Of a DNA stretch of 16,014 bases, positions 13,767 through 16,014 are shown one piece after another (position 1 is the first letter of the stretch; every line of letters starts with the position of its first letter). The stretch is taken from positions 1 to 16,014 of the forward strand of contig CAWAAX010000007.1 in assembly GCA_963780225.1 (NCBI GenBank), written 5' to 3'. The notes under the pieces are model-generated. The model was given only the letters and a program-made list of their open reading frames with translations, was not told the origin of the DNA and did not search any database. This stretch comes from an uncultured bacterium. Lineage in GTDB: Bacteria > Edwardsbacteria > AC1 > EtOH8. Position numbers and translations under genes: made by a program.

Positions 13767-14276
13767 ATGCAGATTATCAACAAACTTACAAGCGCGGTTG
13801 TGTCATTTCTACTATTCATCACCATGCCAGTATGGTTGCCGATCCTTATCGTCGTTATTCTGCTGACTGGTGTCTATAAATTATTATATCGAGGTTGGCT
13901 GACCTACAAATTCAGCCGCGAATACGGTGGAAAAGGTAAGACTTTAGTTTTAGTGTATTCCAGAAGCCCAAACTGGCAGGAATATATTGAAACAAACTGG
14001 ATACCAAAACTATCTAAGTTAGCGGTCATTGTTGATTATTCTGATCGTTCAAAATGGGGCACTAAACCACCGATTGAAGTGCGCATTGCCCGTGAATGGG
14101 GTGGCGACAAAGAATACAACCCGATGGCAATTGTGCTTAGAGGTAAAGGCTTTCCACGAATGATCCGCTTTTACAAGCCGTTTCTTGATTACAAACACGG
14201 CAAGGTTGAATTACTCAAAACCACAGAGCAGAAATTATTTTCTCTTATCGCAAATAGTCTTGGCAAGGCTGATTAA
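13767..14276 (+). CDS. Hypothetical membrane-anchored protein, AT-rich
   Basis: 169-aa ORF with an N-terminal hydrophobic stretch (VVSFLLFITMPVWLPILIVVILLTGVY); visibly lower GC than its neighbours. Confidence 0.7.
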   Translation: MQIINKLTSAVVSFLLFITMPVWLPILIVVILLTGVYKLLYRGWLTYKFSREYGGKGKTLVLVYSRSPNWQEYIETNWIPKLSKLAVIVDYSDRSKWGTKPPIEVRIAREWGGDKEYNPMAIVLRGKGFPRMIRFYKPFLDYKHGKVELLKTTEQKLFSLIANSLGKAD

Positions 14277-14280
14277 AGCG

Positions 14281-14358
14281 GGCTTTGGCAAAAGCCTTAC
14301 CGAAGATCCGCCTTTGGAGGTGTGATTTGTAGCGATACCGTTCACGGTATCGCTACAA
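14281..14358. repeat. GGCTTTGG.AAAAGCCTT plus GTAGCGATACC..GGTATCGCTAC palindrome pair (second copy)
   Basis: ggctttggcaaaagcctt ... ttgtagcgataccgttcacggtatcgctacaa; same order and orientation as 13492-13544. Confidence 0.75.
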
Positions 14359-14380
14359 TACGGAGAAAAATACAAAACAT

Positions 14381-15445
14381 ATGCCAGCACAAACACCGCC
14401 CAAAAAACGCTCCCTGCTTAAGACGATCCTGCTGATCCTGGCGGCCGGCCTGCTGGTCCTGATCGGCTCGGCGGCTTTGTTCGTTAATTCGCTGTTCAAA
14501 GATCCGGATATGTCAAAGCTTCCGGCCTACTACCCCTTCAAGTCCGCCCAGGCCCGGGAAAAGTATCTGGAATACTACGACAACCGGGCCAAGCAATGGC
14601 CGGTAGCTTCCGAAGAAAGATACGTGGAGACCTCCTACGGCAAAACCTTCGTCCGGGTAAGCGGGCCGCCCAACGCCCCGGCCCTGGTGCTGCTGCCTTC
14701 GGCCAACGCCTCCTCGCTGATCTGGTTCGCAAATGTCAAAGGACTGTCGGAACATTTCCGGGTCTATGCGGTAGACAACATTTACGACGTCGGCCGCAGC
14801 CTCAATACCAAACCCTTCAAGCGGGCGGACGATTTCACCGGCTGGATGGACGAGCTGTTCACCGGCCTGGCCCTGGGCGACAGCGTCAATTTGATGGGTT
14901 ATTCCTTCGGGGGCTGGCTTTCCAGCCGTTACGCCCTGCGCCACCCGGAACGGTTGAGGAAATTGGTGCTGGTCGCCCCTCCCTCCACCATCATAGAACT
15001 GCCCGGGGAATGGGCCTGGCGCGGGATCATCTCGGCCCTGCCTCATCCCTTTTTCATGCGGAACTTCCTGGTGAACTGGCTGTTCGAGGACCTGGCCAAG
15101 CGGCAGGATGCCGAAAGCCTCCGGATAACAGACATGCTGATTACCGACGCCATGATGAGCCTGAAATGTTATAAGATGAGGATGCTGGTCCCTCCCGATG
15201 TTTTGACCGACGGGGAATTGGGGGAGATCAAAGTTCCGGCTTTGTTTTTGGTGGGCGAGCACGAGAAGATATACCCCGCCGCCGAGGCCGTAAAGAGGTT
15301 GAATGCGGTTGCCCCGCAGATAAGAACGGAGATAATACCAGGAGCCAGCCATGACCTGCCGATCTCGCAGACGGAGGTGTTTAATAAGAAGGTGATCAAA
15401 ACATATGCCAGCACAAACACCGCCCAAAAAACGCTCCCTGCTTAA
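14381..15445 (+). CDS. Alpha/beta-fold hydrolase with N-terminal membrane anchor, copy 1 (C-terminus derived from the duplication junction)
   Basis: GYSFGG nucleophile elbow, YALRHPERLRKLVLVAP, LFLVGEHE, GASH; GGAG RBS. The last ~15 aa (KTYASTNTAQKTLPA) are read out of frame from copy 2. Confidence 0.9.
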   Translation: MPAQTPPKKRSLLKTILLILAAGLLVLIGSAALFVNSLFKDPDMSKLPAYYPFKSAQAREKYLEYYDNRAKQWPVASEERYVETSYGKTFVRVSGPPNAPALVLLPSANASSLIWFANVKGLSEHFRVYAVDNIYDVGRSLNTKPFKRADDFTGWMDELFTGLALGDSVNLMGYSFGGWLSSRYALRHPERLRKLVLVAPPSTIIELPGEWAWRGIISALPHPFFMRNFLVNWLFEDLAKRQDAESLRITDMLITDAMMSLKCYKMRMLVPPDVLTDGELGEIKVPALFLVGEHEKIYPAAEAVKRLNAVAPQIRTEIIPGASHDLPISQTEVFNKKVIKTYASTNTAQKTLPA

Positions 15446-16014
15446 GACGATCCTGCTGATCCTGGCGGCTTGTCTGCTGGTCCTGATCGGTTCGGCGGCC
15501 TTGTTCGTCAATTCGCTGTTCAAAGATCCGGACATGTCAAAGCTACCGGCCTACTACCCCTTCAAGTCCGCCCAGGCCCGGGAAAAGTATCTGGAATACT
15601 ACGACAACCGGGCCAGACAGTGGCCGGTGGCTTCCGAAGAAAGATACGTGGAGACCTCCTACGGCAAGACCTTCGTCCGGGTAAGCGGGCCGCCCAACGC
15701 CCCGGCCCTGGTGCTGCTGCCTTCGGCCAACGCCTCCTCGCTGATCTGGTTCGCAAATGTCAAAGGACTATCGGAACATTTCCGGGTCTATGCGGTGGAC
15801 AACATTTACGACGTCGGCCGCAGCATCAACGCCAAACCCTTCAAGCGCGCGGACGATTTCACCGGCTGGATGGACGAGCTGTTCACCGGCCTGGCCCTGG
15901 GCGACAGCGTCAATTTGATGGGTTATTCCTTCGGGGGCTGGCTTTCCAGCCGTTACGCCCTGCGCCACCCGGAACGGCTGCGGAAATTAGTGCTGGTCGC
16001 CCCTCCCTCCACCG
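15405..16014 (+). CDS. Alpha/beta-fold hydrolase, copy 2 (3' partial)
   Basis: Collinear with 14381-14990 at an offset of 1024 bp; open to the window end; about 23 substitutions in 610 nt by manual count. Confidence 0.85.
   Translation, partial: MPAQTPPKKRSLLKTILLILAACLLVLIGSAALFVNSLFKDPDMSKLPAYYPFKSAQAREKYLEYYDNRARQWPVASEERYVETSYGKTFVRVSGPPNAPALVLLPSANASSLIWFANVKGLSEHFRVYAVDNIYDVGRSINAKPFKRADDFTGWMDELFTGLALGDSVNLMGYSFGGWLSSRYALRHPERLRKLVLVAPPST

Noticed and set aside
13492..14358. Integron attC sites around the orphan ORF
   Set aside because: There are no RYYYAAC/GTTRRRY core ends and no integrase; kept only as non-integron repeats.
14513..15535. 340-aa antisense ORF, and other long shadow ORFs such as 883-1596, 1124-2077 and 2422-3231
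   Set aside because: They lie opposite or out of frame with well-supported genes, are expected in GC3-rich DNA, and show no recognisable motifs.

Overview
Bacterial chromosomal window, probably from a diderm (lipoboxes, a CsgG-like lipoprotein, sigma70-type promoters). It has no CRISPR array, rRNA/tRNA, transposase or integrase. Minus-strand block, in transcription order: RimJ/RimL-type GNAT, cysS, lipoprotein prolyl oligopeptidase (S9A), CsgG/HfaB-like lipoprotein, secreted beta-rich protein, then yebC, ruvC, ruvA, a SulP-STAS-PTS EIIA fusion and a secreted TPR-like protein (partial). Plus-strand block from a divergent promoter: conserved hypothetical, SPFH(YdjI-like)/double-zinc-ribbon protein, AT-rich orphan membrane protein, and an alpha/beta hydrolase present as a 1024-bp tandem duplication. 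Most notable observations: (1) the peptidase N-terminus contains a gapless diverged copy of part of the neighbouring CsgG-like gene, i.e. a chimeric gene; (2) a SulP transporter carries a C-terminal EIIA domain with an intact phospho-His motif; (3) most larger intergenic gaps hold short palindromic repeats from several families, with one ~24-bp module nested four times inside the arms of one hairpin family; (4) two genes are bracketed cassette-like by repeat pairs, and the SPFH gene 3' end is duplicated (17 bp) around a repeat stack; (5) the hydrolase duplication joins two mostly synonymously diverged copies. All alignments and counts were done by eye; family names come from motif recognition, not database searches.
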